Translations under genes and position numbers: made by a program
Notes under the pieces: model-generated
Told to the model about the DNA's origin: nothing
Database searches by the model: none
What the model saw: only the letters and a program-made list of their open reading frames with translations
Assembly: GCA_034422455.1 (NCBI GenBank)
Contig: DAOUJQ010000013.1
Location: 17,632-81,631, forward strand
Length of the DNA stretch: 64,000 nucleotides
Reading direction: 5' to 3'
DNA from: Dehalococcoidia bacterium
GTDB lineage: Bacteria; Chloroflexota; Dehalococcoidia; Lucifugimonadales; UBA1127
Shown here: positions 8,658 through 15,932 of the stretch, in pieces
Layout: each line of letters starts with the position of its first letter
Position numbering within the stretch: position 1 is the first letter of the stretch

Positions 8658-9977
8658 ATGCTCACACGCGAAGACAATGAGATGCTCACTCGGGTAGGGC
8701 CGGGGACGCCCATGGGCGAGCTCATGCGCGAGTACTGGATGCCCTTCGGCCTCTCCAGCGAGCTGCCGGAGGCCGACTGCCCGCCCGTCCGCATCATGCT
8801 GCTCTGCGAGGAGCTGGTCGCGTTCCGCGACACCGAGGGCAAGGTCGGCCTGGTCGACAACTACTGCCCCCACCGGCGGGCGAGCCTCTTCTTCGGCCGG
8901 AACGAGGAGTGCGGGCTGCGCTGCGTCTACCACGGCTGGAAGTTCGACGTCAGCGGCGACTGCGTCGACATGCCGTCGGAGCCTGCGGAGTCCAACTTCA
9001 AGGAGAAGGTGAAGATCAAGGCGTACCCCGTGCAGGAGCGCGGCGGCATCATGTGGGCCTACATGGGCCCGCGCTCGACGCCTCCGGGCCTGCCGGAGCT
9101 GCCGTCGAACATGATGGAGGACGTTGTCATCTCCGCGTACATGCGCCCGTGCAACTGGATGCAGGCGCTGGAAGGCGACATCGACACAGTGCACACGCTG
9201 TACCTGCACCTGGGCCTCACGCAGTACGACCAGACCCCGACGGGCAGCTGGGCGTGGTGGCACCTGCAGAACCGGGCGCCCCACTACGCGGCCATCGACA
9301 CGGACTTCGGCACGATGTACGGCGCGTACCGGCCCGCCATGGAGGGCATGAACTACTGGCGCTTCGCCAACTTCCTGATGCCCTTCTACGCCATGACGCC
9401 CCCCGGCGTCCTGGGCCTCGAGGACAAGTTCCGCGCCTGGGTGCCCATGGACGACACCCACACGCTGGCGATCTCCTCCAACACGAGGTCGCCGCTGTTC
9501 GGCCCGAACGGCGAACGGCCGAAGGGCAAGTGGGCGTCCGGCGCCACGGAGCTGCACCCGCAGGGCACGGGCTTCTTCGACCGGTTCGTGTGCGTGGCGG
9601 ACATGGACAACGACTTCCAGATCGACCGCGAGAGGCAGAAGACCGAGTCCTACGCGGGGCTGAAGAGCATCTTCCTGGAGGACCAGGCCGTCACCGTCAG
9701 CATGGACCCCATCGTCGACCGCGAGCAGGAGCGGCTGGGCACCAGCGACCAGATGATCATCCGCACGCGGCGCCGGCTGCTGCGGGCCGCCCGCTCGCTG
9801 CAGGAGGGCGAGACCCCGCCCGGCGTCGACACCCCCCATGTGTACGCCGTCCGGTCCGGCGGCGCGATGCTGCCCATCGGCTGCGACTGGTACGAGGCGA
9901 CGAAGGACTTCCGGGCAGGCTGGGTTGACCACCCGGAGCTGGACCGCGCCATCATCGGCGGCGTGCCGGCGGTGTAG
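8658..9977 (+). CDS. Rieske [2Fe-2S] aromatic-ring-hydroxylating oxygenase, alpha-subunit-like
   Basis: ORF track, 439 aa. The Rieske motif is CPHRRASLFFGRNEECGLRCVYHGWKF (CxH...CxxH) and an RBS AAGGAGGAG precedes the ATG. Confidence 0.85.
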   Translation: MLTREDNEMLTRVGPGTPMGELMREYWMPFGLSSELPEADCPPVRIMLLCEELVAFRDTEGKVGLVDNYCPHRRASLFFGRNEECGLRCVYHGWKFDVSGDCVDMPSEPAESNFKEKVKIKAYPVQERGGIMWAYMGPRSTPPGLPELPSNMMEDVVISAYMRPCNWMQALEGDIDTVHTLYLHLGLTQYDQTPTGSWAWWHLQNRAPHYAAIDTDFGTMYGAYRPAMEGMNYWRFANFLMPFYAMTPPGVLGLEDKFRAWVPMDDTHTLAISSNTRSPLFGPNGERPKGKWASGATELHPQGTGFFDRFVCVADMDNDFQIDRERQKTESYAGLKSIFLEDQAVTVSMDPIVDREQERLGTSDQMIIRTRRRLLRAARSLQEGETPPGVDTPHVYAVRSGGAMLPIGCDWYEATKDFRAGWVDHPELDRAIIGGVPAV

Positions 9978-10004
9978 AGGACGACGGTACTAGCGAACAA
10001 ATAG

Positions 10005-10044
10005 GAGCGGCCCGGCGGAGTTCCGCCGGGCCGCTCTCATTTTG
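10005..10044. terminator. Intrinsic terminator between the convergent Rieske and CDF genes
   Basis: GAGCGGCCCGGCGGA (10005-10019) pairs perfectly with TCCGCCGGGCCGCTC (10022-10036), followed by TCATTTTG. Confidence 0.75.
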
Positions 10045-10070
10045 CCTGTCGATGACGCCTGGAGGCCGCC

Positions 10071-11342
10071 TCACGATTGAGGCTGGAAGCGGGCCTGCAG
10101 GTGCTCGACGTGGTGGCGCTCCTCCGTGCACTCCGCGACGGAGAGCTCCACCTGGATCGTCACGTGGTTGAGCCCGTGGCTGTACACGATCTTCCGGAGC
10201 TGCTTCAGTATGTCCTCCTGGCGTCCGGCCTGGGTGGGGCTCACGAAGACGTGGGCCGTGAAGGCGTCGTAGCCGGAGGTGATGGTCCAGGCGTGGACGT
10301 CGTGGACCAGCGTCACGCCCTGCACGTCCTCCATCTCGCTGCAGATGTTGTAGATGTCCACGGTCTCCGGCGTGCCCTCCAGCAATACCTTGAACACCCG
10401 CATGAACAGGCCCCAGGAGACCTTGAGGATGAGCAGGCCGATGAGGACGCTCATGATGGGGTCGGCGATGTACCAGGTCGAATTGTCGTCGGCGAACGCA
10501 ACGATCAGGATGCCGGAAATGATGACGCCGACGGAGCCCATGAGGTCCGCCATGACGTGCTGGAAGGCGCCCTCCACGTTGAGGCTCTCTCCCGCCGCCC
10601 GGTGCAGCACCCACGCCGCGGCGATGTTGATGATGAGGCCGATGACGCCGACGCTGAACATCAGCGGGCCCTCGACCTCCGGCGTGTCGGAGAAGCGGTG
10701 GTAGGCCTCCAGGAAGATCCACCCGGCGATGAGCCACAGGCTCACGGTGTTGGCGAGCGCGGCAAGCACCTCCGTCCGGTAGAAGCCGAAGGTCGAACCC
10801 GCCACGGCCGGCCGGTTGGCGATCCACATGGCGAACAGCGCCAGCGCGATGGAGGCGGCGTCGGTCAACATGTGCGCGGCGTCCGCCAGCAGCGCGAGGC
10901 TGCCGGAGAGGATGCCGCCGACGACCTCCACGAACATGAACCCGCCAATGAGGACGAGCGCCAAAATCAGGCTCTTCTTGCTGGCCCCGCGCAGGTCATG
11001 GGCATGGTCATGGCCGCCGTGCCCATGGTGATGGTGACCGTGGCCCGCGTGGGCGTGGTCATGCTCATCGTGGTCGTGGTCCTCATGCTCGTGGTCGTGG
11101 TCATGCTCGTGGTCGTGCTCCGTGTGGTCGTGCCCCGCGTGGTCGTGGGCATGGTCATGCTCATGGTCGTGGCCCGCGTGGTCGTGGGCATGGTCATGCT
11201 CGTGATCGTGCCCCGCGTGGTCGTGCCCTTCATGGTCGTGAGCATGGTCGTGGTCGTGCTCCGCGTGGTCATGGTCGTGGCCCGCGTGGTCGTGGGCATG
11301 GTCATGCTCGTGATCATGGTCATGCCGGTGTTCAGTCGTCAC
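10071..11342 (-). CDS. Cation diffusion facilitator (CzcD/ZitB-like) transporter with a very long His/Asp-rich N-terminus
   Basis: ORF track, 423 aa, GTG start with GGGAAGGGATGG upstream. The C-terminal ~300 aa has the CDF pattern ([16 protein letters not shown]...[13 protein letters not shown]...). The first ~115 aa are HDHxH repeats. Confidence 0.9.
   Translation of the reverse strand: MTTEHRHDHDHEHDHAHDHAGHDHDHAEHDHDHAHDHEGHDHAGHDHEHDHAHDHAGHDHEHDHAHDHAGHDHTEHDHEHDHDHEHEDHDHDEHDHAHAGHGHHHHGHGGHDHAHDLRGASKKSLILALVLIGGFMFVEVVGGILSGSLALLADAAHMLTDAASIALALFAMWIANRPAVAGSTFGFYRTEVLAALANTVSLWLIAGWIFLEAYHRFSDTPEVEGPLMFSVGVIGLIINIAAAWVLHRAAGESLNVEGAFQHVMADLMGSVGVIISGILIVAFADDNSTWYIADPIMSVLIGLLILKVSWGLFMRVFKVLLEGTPETVDIYNICSEMEDVQGVTLVHDVHAWTITSGYDAFTAHVFVSPTQAGRQEDILKQLRKIVYSHGLNHVTIQVELSVAECTEERHHVEHLQARFQPQS
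11031..11340 (-). repeat. Coding tandem repeat (His/Asp tract of the CDF gene)
   Basis: The core GCGTGGTCGTGGGCATGGTCATGCT recurs at about 11137, 11176 (39-nt period, or 13 aa: [13 protein letters not shown]) and 11284. Confidence 0.7.
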
Positions 11343-11359
11343 GTCTATCCATCCCTTCC

Positions 11360-11400
11360 CACAGAAACGAAAGCCCGGCGATGCATTCTTGCGCCGGGCT
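11360..11400 (-). terminator. Hairpin plus T-run between the His-rich gene and the CDF gene (terminator/attenuator)
   Basis: AGCCCGGCG (11372-11380) pairs with CGCCGGGCT (11392-11400). On the minus strand the hairpin is followed by TTCGTTTCTG. Confidence 0.55.
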
Positions 11401-11447
11401 CCCGTTTATCTCCCGCTACGGACGTGTCTGCCTAGCTACGCCGAAGC

Positions 11448-11705
11448 CTAGACTGCGTGGGCAACGTGGTGCGGGTCGTCTGCCGCCGCGCAGTGCTCGC
11501 CGCCGTGCTCGTGGCAGTGGATGTGGCCGTGCTCGTCCATGTCCTCCGGGCCCATGATGGCCTGGCAGGCCGCGTCGCCGTGGATGTGGCAGTGGCCGGC
11601 GCCGTGCTCGTGGCAGTGGACGCCGTCATGGGCGTGGCAATGCTCGCCTGCATGCTCGTGACAGTGGTCGTCATGCTCGTGACTGTGGTCGTGCGCTTCC
11701 GCCAT
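11448..11705 (-). CDS. Small His/Cys-rich putative metal-binding protein (HCH repeats)
   Basis: ORF track, 85 aa with 25 His and 7 Cys by my count. The motif HCH(E/A/I)H occurs five times. RBS is AAGGAGGGG. It lies directly upstream of the CDF gene on the same strand. Confidence 0.7.
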   Translation of the reverse strand: MAEAHDHSHEHDDHCHEHAGEHCHAHDGVHCHEHGAGHCHIHGDAACQAIMGPEDMDEHGHIHCHEHGGEHCAAADDPHHVAHAV

Positions 11706-11730
11706 CTCTACCCCTCCTTACGATTTCCTC

Positions 11731-11787
11731 TTTTGAGACTCACCGTTGACAACTGAAACGTACCGTTTTGAGACAATTGGTGTCAAC
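11731..11787 (-). promoter_or_regulatory. Promoter plus candidate operator of the His-rich/CDF locus
   Basis: On the minus strand TTGACA (11786-11781) is separated by 18 nt from TACGTT (11762-11757). The 7-bp inverted repeat GTTGACA 11745-11751 / TGTCAAC 11781-11787 flanks it. An inner AAACG-TAC-CGTTT and a direct repeat TTTTGAGAC at 11731 and 11766 are also present. Confidence 0.5.
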
Positions 11788-12095
11788 CCACTACGAGAAG
11801 ATGATACTAGGTCTAGTTATCGGGCCGGTCGCTCAAGGACGAGTATCAGTAATCCACCAGGTTGCACTCCAGCCACGAGCCGCAGGGGGTACTTGACGAA
11901 GGGGCCGGCATCCGCAATCCCCATGCTCCCCCGCAGGCGTCCAGGACCCGATTGCGGCGCCGGCTGATACCCATTCTCAGTAAATGGGCCGAAAAGAGCC
12001 GGAAGGCCTTGGAAACACGCCAAAAAACGGGCCTTCGCGGGCGTCAAAGGCCGTCGAAAACGGGCCGCCGATGTCCATCACCCAGGGCTCATGCC

Positions 12096-12101
12096 CTATA
12101 A
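12096..12101 (+). promoter_or_regulatory. Consensus -10 box (TATAAT) upstream of the selenoprotein gene
   Basis: TATAAT lies 33 nt upstream of ATG 12134. The -35 is weak. RBS GGAGGTGGGG lies at 12123-12132. Confidence 0.4.
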
Positions 12102-12133
12102 TGAGAGAAAGGACGACAACGGCGGAGGTGGGG

Positions 12134-13534
12134 ATGAAACAGAACAGGCCATCGTTCCGGGCCACGGCCCGATGGTCCGCGCTCCTGGCGCTTGCCGCCG
12201 CCCTCGGCGTGCTGGCGGCCGCCGCGTGCGGCCCAACCGACGACGCGACCGAGCCCTCGTCGTCACAGGAGGCCGCCGGGACCACGGAGACGTCCGGCAG
12301 CGACGCGACGACGGCCACGACGGACGCCGCCCCGAAACCGAGCGTCGAAGTCGGCCACGCCGTCGGGATGATGGCCCCGGACTTCACCGCGGAGACGGTG
12401 GCGGGCGACTCGATCACCCTGTCGGAGGTGACCGCGGGATCGCCGGTCCTCCTCTACTTCTTCACGACGTGGTGACCGACGTGCAATGCCGAGTTTCGGC
12501 ATCTGCGGTCGCTCTACCCCGGCTACCAGGACGACGTCGCCCTCATCGGCGTCGGCGTCGACCCAAGCGAGTCAGCCGACAAAATCTCGAGATGGGCCGA
12601 AAGGAACGGCTTTGATTGGCCCCTCACGGAAGCGGTCGGCAGCGCCCTGACCGACTACCGCGTGACGCAGCAATCCGCAGCCGTCGGCATCGACGCGGAC
12701 GGCATCATCGTGCTCCGCAAGAACGGCGGCCTCCAGGGCGAGGGCAAGTGGACGGAGTGGCTGGACACCCTGGGCGGTCCAAGGACTTCCGCGGAGCTGG
12801 AGGCTCCCTCCACCGCCGCCCAGGCGGCCCCGGCTCCCGTGGAAGCCGTCCCGACGCAGGCGCCAGCGCCGAGCCAGCCTTCGCCAACGGCCGCGCCCGC
12901 GCCCACAACAGCTCCGCCTCCTGCGGCTACGGCAGCTCCGGCCCCGACCACGGGCCCAGCGCCGACGGCAGCGCCTCCCCCGACGGCAATCCCAGCCCCG
13001 ACACAGGCGCCGCCTCCACCCCCAACGGCAACACCACGGCCCCGCCCGACATCGACGCCGACCCCCGCGCCAACGGCGACGCCGAACATTCCTGTCGGCC
13101 ACAACATCGGCCAGCGGGCGCCGGACTTCACCGTGACGGCGGTGAGCGGGGAGACGATCACGCTGTCCGAGGTTACGGCAACCGGCAAGCCCGTCCTCAT
13201 CTACTTCTTCGCGACATGGTGACCGACCTGCAATGCGGAGTTGCCGCATCTGCAGGGCCTCTACTCAGCCAATAGCGATGACGTGTTGATCGTGGGCATC
13301 AGCACGGACCCGGGCGACTCCGAGTCCCGCGTCCGAAGCCACGCCCGCAACAGGGGGATAACGTTCCCGATGGCGCCGCACGACCGCAGCATCGTGATCG
13401 ACTCCTACCGGGTGAGCGCGCAGTCCAGCGCCGTCGGCATCGACGCGAACGGGGTCATCCGGCTCCGCAAGGGCTACGGGCTGCAGGACGGGAACGAGTG
13501 GCGGAACTGGGTGGAGACGCTGACGGGCAGCTAG
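12134..13534 (+). CDS. Tandem two-domain TlpA/ResA-like thioredoxin-fold lipoprotein with two in-frame UGA (predicted selenocysteine) codons
   Basis: ORFs 11984-12475, 12662-13222 and 13241-13534 share one frame and are separated only by TGA at 12473 and 13220. The TGAs sit in YFFTTW-U-PTC and YFFATW-U-PTC, the redox CxxC position. A SECIS-like hairpin follows each. The signal peptide ends in a lipobox-like LAAAAC after ATG 12134. Confidence 0.75.
12482..12507 (+). promoter_or_regulatory. Bacterial SECIS-like hairpin 1
   Basis: Upper stem ATGCCGA (12486-12492) pairs with TCGGCAT (12496-12502) around loop GTT. Lower stem is TGCA/TGCG with a C bulge. The upper stem starts 10 nt after the TGA. 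Confidence 0.7.
13228..13255 (+). promoter_or_regulatory. Bacterial SECIS-like hairpin 2
   Basis: Upper stem ATGCGG (13233-13238) pairs with CCGCAT (13244-13249) around loop AGTTG. Lower stem is CTGCA/TGCAG with a C bulge. The spacer after the TGA is 10 nt. The stem differs from hairpin 1 by compensatory changes. Confidence 0.7.
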
Positions 13535-13537
13535 CCT

Positions 13538-13695
13538 CCGTTCATCCTTCGATTTCCTCTTTCGAGAACCTCAGGACAGGCTCAGGACGAACGGAAGGCT
13601 CCACACCGCCCCGCCCCTCTGGGTTCCTGCCTGCGCAGGAACGACGATTCTCCCTCCAAAACCCCTGGATACCGGCATTCGCCGGTATGAGGTGG
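13538..13695. repeat. Modules A/D hybrid + B + C
   Basis: The hybrid lies at 13538-13594, B at 13607-13646 and C (CCCCTGGATACCGGCATTCGCCGGTATGAGGTGGG) at 13661-13695. Confidence 0.85.
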
Positions 13696-13696
13696 G

Positions 13697-15070
13697 TTAG
13701 CCCCTCGCCAGCAGCGGGCGCAGGTCCTGGACGTTGGCGACGTCCTCGATGTGGAGGACGGCGTCGATGAGGCGTCCCGTCGCGTCCTCGCCCAGCACGG
13801 GCGCGATGAGGTCGCGGGCCTTGGCGCAGACTCCGTTGGTGTCGAGCGGGTTCTGCGCGGTGCCGGGAGCATACTTGGTGTGGTGGCTGACGACGCGCCC
13901 GTCCGTGGTGGTCACCTCGATAATGGCCTGCCGCGGGGCCTCTGGCATCACGAGGCTCGGCTCGGCCTGCAGCGTCACGCGCTCCTTCATCGCCAGCACC
14001 GCCGGGTCGCCCATGCGCTCGTAGGAGTGCGTCGACGTGAAGGAGACGCCGCCGTCGACCAGCGCCAGCGCGATGCAGTGCTGGATGTTGATGTCGGGCA
14101 TGGTGCGGTTGTTGACGACGCCCGCGCCGTCGGTCGGGAGCTTGGCGACGACGCTCTCGACGTCCGCGCCGGTGATGTTGTGGGCGCTCGTCAGCGTGAG
14201 CAGCGCGTCCAGCGCAGACTGTATGGGGTAGCCGACGGGGTAGGGCTTGATGGCGGTGGCGGTCACGGAGAAGCGCTCGCCCAGCGCGTCCGTGAGCTGA
14301 TCGGGGTCCGGATCCTGCGAGAATGCCTGCAGCAGGTTGTGTTCGCCGTCCAAGACGTTGGGGACGCCGGAGAAGCCCATCTGCACCATCGTGGCGGCGG
14401 TGACGCCGTTGCGCGCGCCCATGCCGGCGAAGTCGAACGCCTTCTCCACGTGCTCCTCGTCGCCGACCCACGCCCAGATGCCGGACGCCTGCTGGGCCGC
14501 GTAGGAGAGGACGTAGCGCATCTGCATGGCGTCGAGCCTTGCAAGCGATGCCGCGGCGCCAGTCGCGCCGAATGTCGCGCCGAACCCCTCGGCGCTGTGG
14601 TGGGCCGCCCGCAGCTTGTCGGCGTCCACGGCGAGGAGCATGCGGCAGGCCACGTCATAGCCGAGGGCGACGGCCCGGAGCATCGCGGTCCCGGACGCGC
14701 CCTCGCGCTCGGCCATCGCCCACGCGGCGGGCACGACGCTGCAGCCGGGGTGGGCCTTGGAGGAGGGATCGAAGTCGTCGGTCTCGTCGGCGTGGCCCAT
14801 CATGCCGTTGGCCAGGGCCGCGTTGGCGGCGGAGGTCACGATGTCCGTGGTCATCACCATCGCTTCCGGCGTGCCTCCGAGGGGGCGGACGTACTTGACG
14901 GCCATCTCGCCCGGCAGCAGCGTGCTGCCGGAGATGACGGCGGCGAGGCTGTCGAGGAGCCGGTGCTTTGCCTCCCGGTCGACGTCAGCGGGCAGGGCTC
15001 GGTCGCGGGCCTCCGCCATGTAGGCCGCAAGGGTTGCGGTGACGCCGGTGTTGGGTGTCGCCTGGGACAT
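13697..15070 (-). CDS. MmgE/PrpD family protein (2-methylcitrate dehydratase-like)
   Basis: ORF track, 457 aa. Contains AKHRLLDSLAAVISGS...NGMMGHADETDDF...AHPGCSVVPAAWAMAE, the PrpD-family pattern. Confidence 0.85.
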   Translation of the reverse strand: MSQATPNTGVTATLAAYMAEARDRALPADVDREAKHRLLDSLAAVISGSTLLPGEMAVKYVRPLGGTPEAMVMTTDIVTSAANAALANGMMGHADETDDFDPSSKAHPGCSVVPAAWAMAEREGASGTAMLRAVALGYDVACRMLLAVDADKLRAAHHSAEGFGATFGATGAAASLARLDAMQMRYVLSYAAQQASGIWAWVGDEEHVEKAFDFAGMGARNGVTAATMVQMGFSGVPNVLDGEHNLLQAFSQDPDPDQLTDALGERFSVTATAIKPYPVGYPIQSALDALLTLTSAHNITGADVESVVAKLPTDGAGVVNNRTMPDINIQHCIALALVDGGVSFTSTHSYERMGDPAVLAMKERVTLQAEPSLVMPEAPRQAIIEVTTTDGRVVSHHTKYAPGTAQNPLDTNGVCAKARDLIAPVLGEDATGRLIDAVLHIEDVANVQDLRPLLARG

Positions 15071-15150
15071 AGCGCTCCCTCTCAGTGTGATTTGGGGCAG
15101 GGGCCGCGCGTAGTATAGCGGCTGGCGGGCAATCGTGCGCTGCGGCTGCG

Positions 15151-15214
15151 CTTCCGGATACCGGCGAACGCACGTATGAGGAGTGGCCCTTCGACAGGCT
15201 CAGGGCGAACGGGG
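15151..15214. repeat. Modules C' + D
   Basis: CTTCCGGATACCGGCGAACGCACGTATGAGGAG and GGCCCTTCGACAGGCTCAGGGCGAACGGGG. Confidence 0.75.
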
Positions 15215-15226
15215 TAGTTGCAAGTG

Positions 15227-15264
15227 AAAGGGGCCGGTGCGCTTGCGCGCTCGCCGGCCCCTTT
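15227..15264 (-). terminator. Intrinsic terminator downstream of the cupin gene
   Basis: AAAGGGGCCGG (15227-15237) pairs with CCGGCCCCTTT (15254-15264). On the minus strand the stem is followed by TTTCACTTG. Confidence 0.6.
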
Positions 15265-15446
15265 CCCGCCGCCATCGATTGTGGTCCGCTCCGGCGCGAC
15301 TTCGGGAGGCCTGTCGCGGGCGCCCCCACCCCCTCTGCGGAGGCGCCCCGCGATTCCACGCGTCCCTATGCCGGCATTGCCTCACCCGAACAAGTGTACG
15401 CACAAGAATAGAACATGCATTCCGGGTTGTCAACACCCACGTGGGG

Positions 15447-15833
15447 CTACTCGCTCACGGACTCGGGGCGGGCGCCCTCCAGGTAGTGCGTGTGCTCCGC
15501 TGAGTAGGGGTCGAGGGCAGGGAAGAAGACAAGCAGGTGCGCCTCATCGTGGCCGGTCACCGTGAAGCCGTGCGCCGCGCCGGGCGGGATGACGACGGTG
15601 TGGTCGGGCCCGACGGTGTGCGTCCGGCCGTCCAGGCTGACCTGCAGCGTCCCCTCGAGGACGACGATGAGCTCGTCCACGGTGTGGGTGTGCAGGGGCG
15701 CCCCGGCGCCGGGCTCGGCGGTGTTGATGCTGAGGGTGCTGCTGACGCCCTGCTCGTGGCCGGCGATGTCCCACTTCCGGTAGCCGGGCCGCCACGGGGT
15801 CTCGGGCGCGTGCGAGTGATCGATGATTGGCAT
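15447..15833 (-). CDS. Cupin domain protein
   Basis: ORF 15447-16079 trimmed to ATG 15833 (MPIIDHSHAPE...); the upstream part translates element E. Motifs are GAGAPLHTHTVDELIVVLEG and VVIPPGAAHGF. Confidence 0.8.
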   Translation of the reverse strand: MPIIDHSHAPETPWRPGYRKWDIAGHEQGVSSTLSINTAEPGAGAPLHTHTVDELIVVLEGTLQVSLDGRTHTVGPDHTVVIPPGAAHGFTVTGHDEAHLLVFFPALDPYSAEHTHYLEGARPESVSE

Positions 15834-15932
15834 GGTCCACGCTCCTCGCCGGGGCGGACGCGCGCCCGGCCTGGATTTGGGGGTCATTGTACCGCACGGC
15901 GTGGTGGCCGGCGGCGCGGGGGTGAGGGTAGC

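Noticed and set aside
11800-12000. A possible cobalamin or NiCo (czcD-type) riboswitch, or a tRNA-Sec gene, in the structured spacer next to the metal and selenoprotein genes.
   Set aside because: I found only loose resemblance (GGTTGCACTCC, AGCCAC). There is no B12-box, no recognisable NiCo four-way-junction core, no T-loop GGTTCGAATCC and no UCA anticodon loop. It is reported only as unexplained structure.
11817-12101. Short ORFs 11817-12047 (minus) and 11862-12101 (plus) in the spacer.
   Set aside because: They have no RBS and atypical composition, and they overlap each other. More likely this is non-coding structured DNA.
12473-12475. Reading the in-frame TGAs (12473, 13220, 33788) as pseudogene-type nonsense mutations or sequencing errors.
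   Set aside because: All three fall on the catalytic Cys position of a redox motif. They are followed by equally spaced hairpins, and the downstream frames stay intact for the rest of each domain. Decay would not be so specific.
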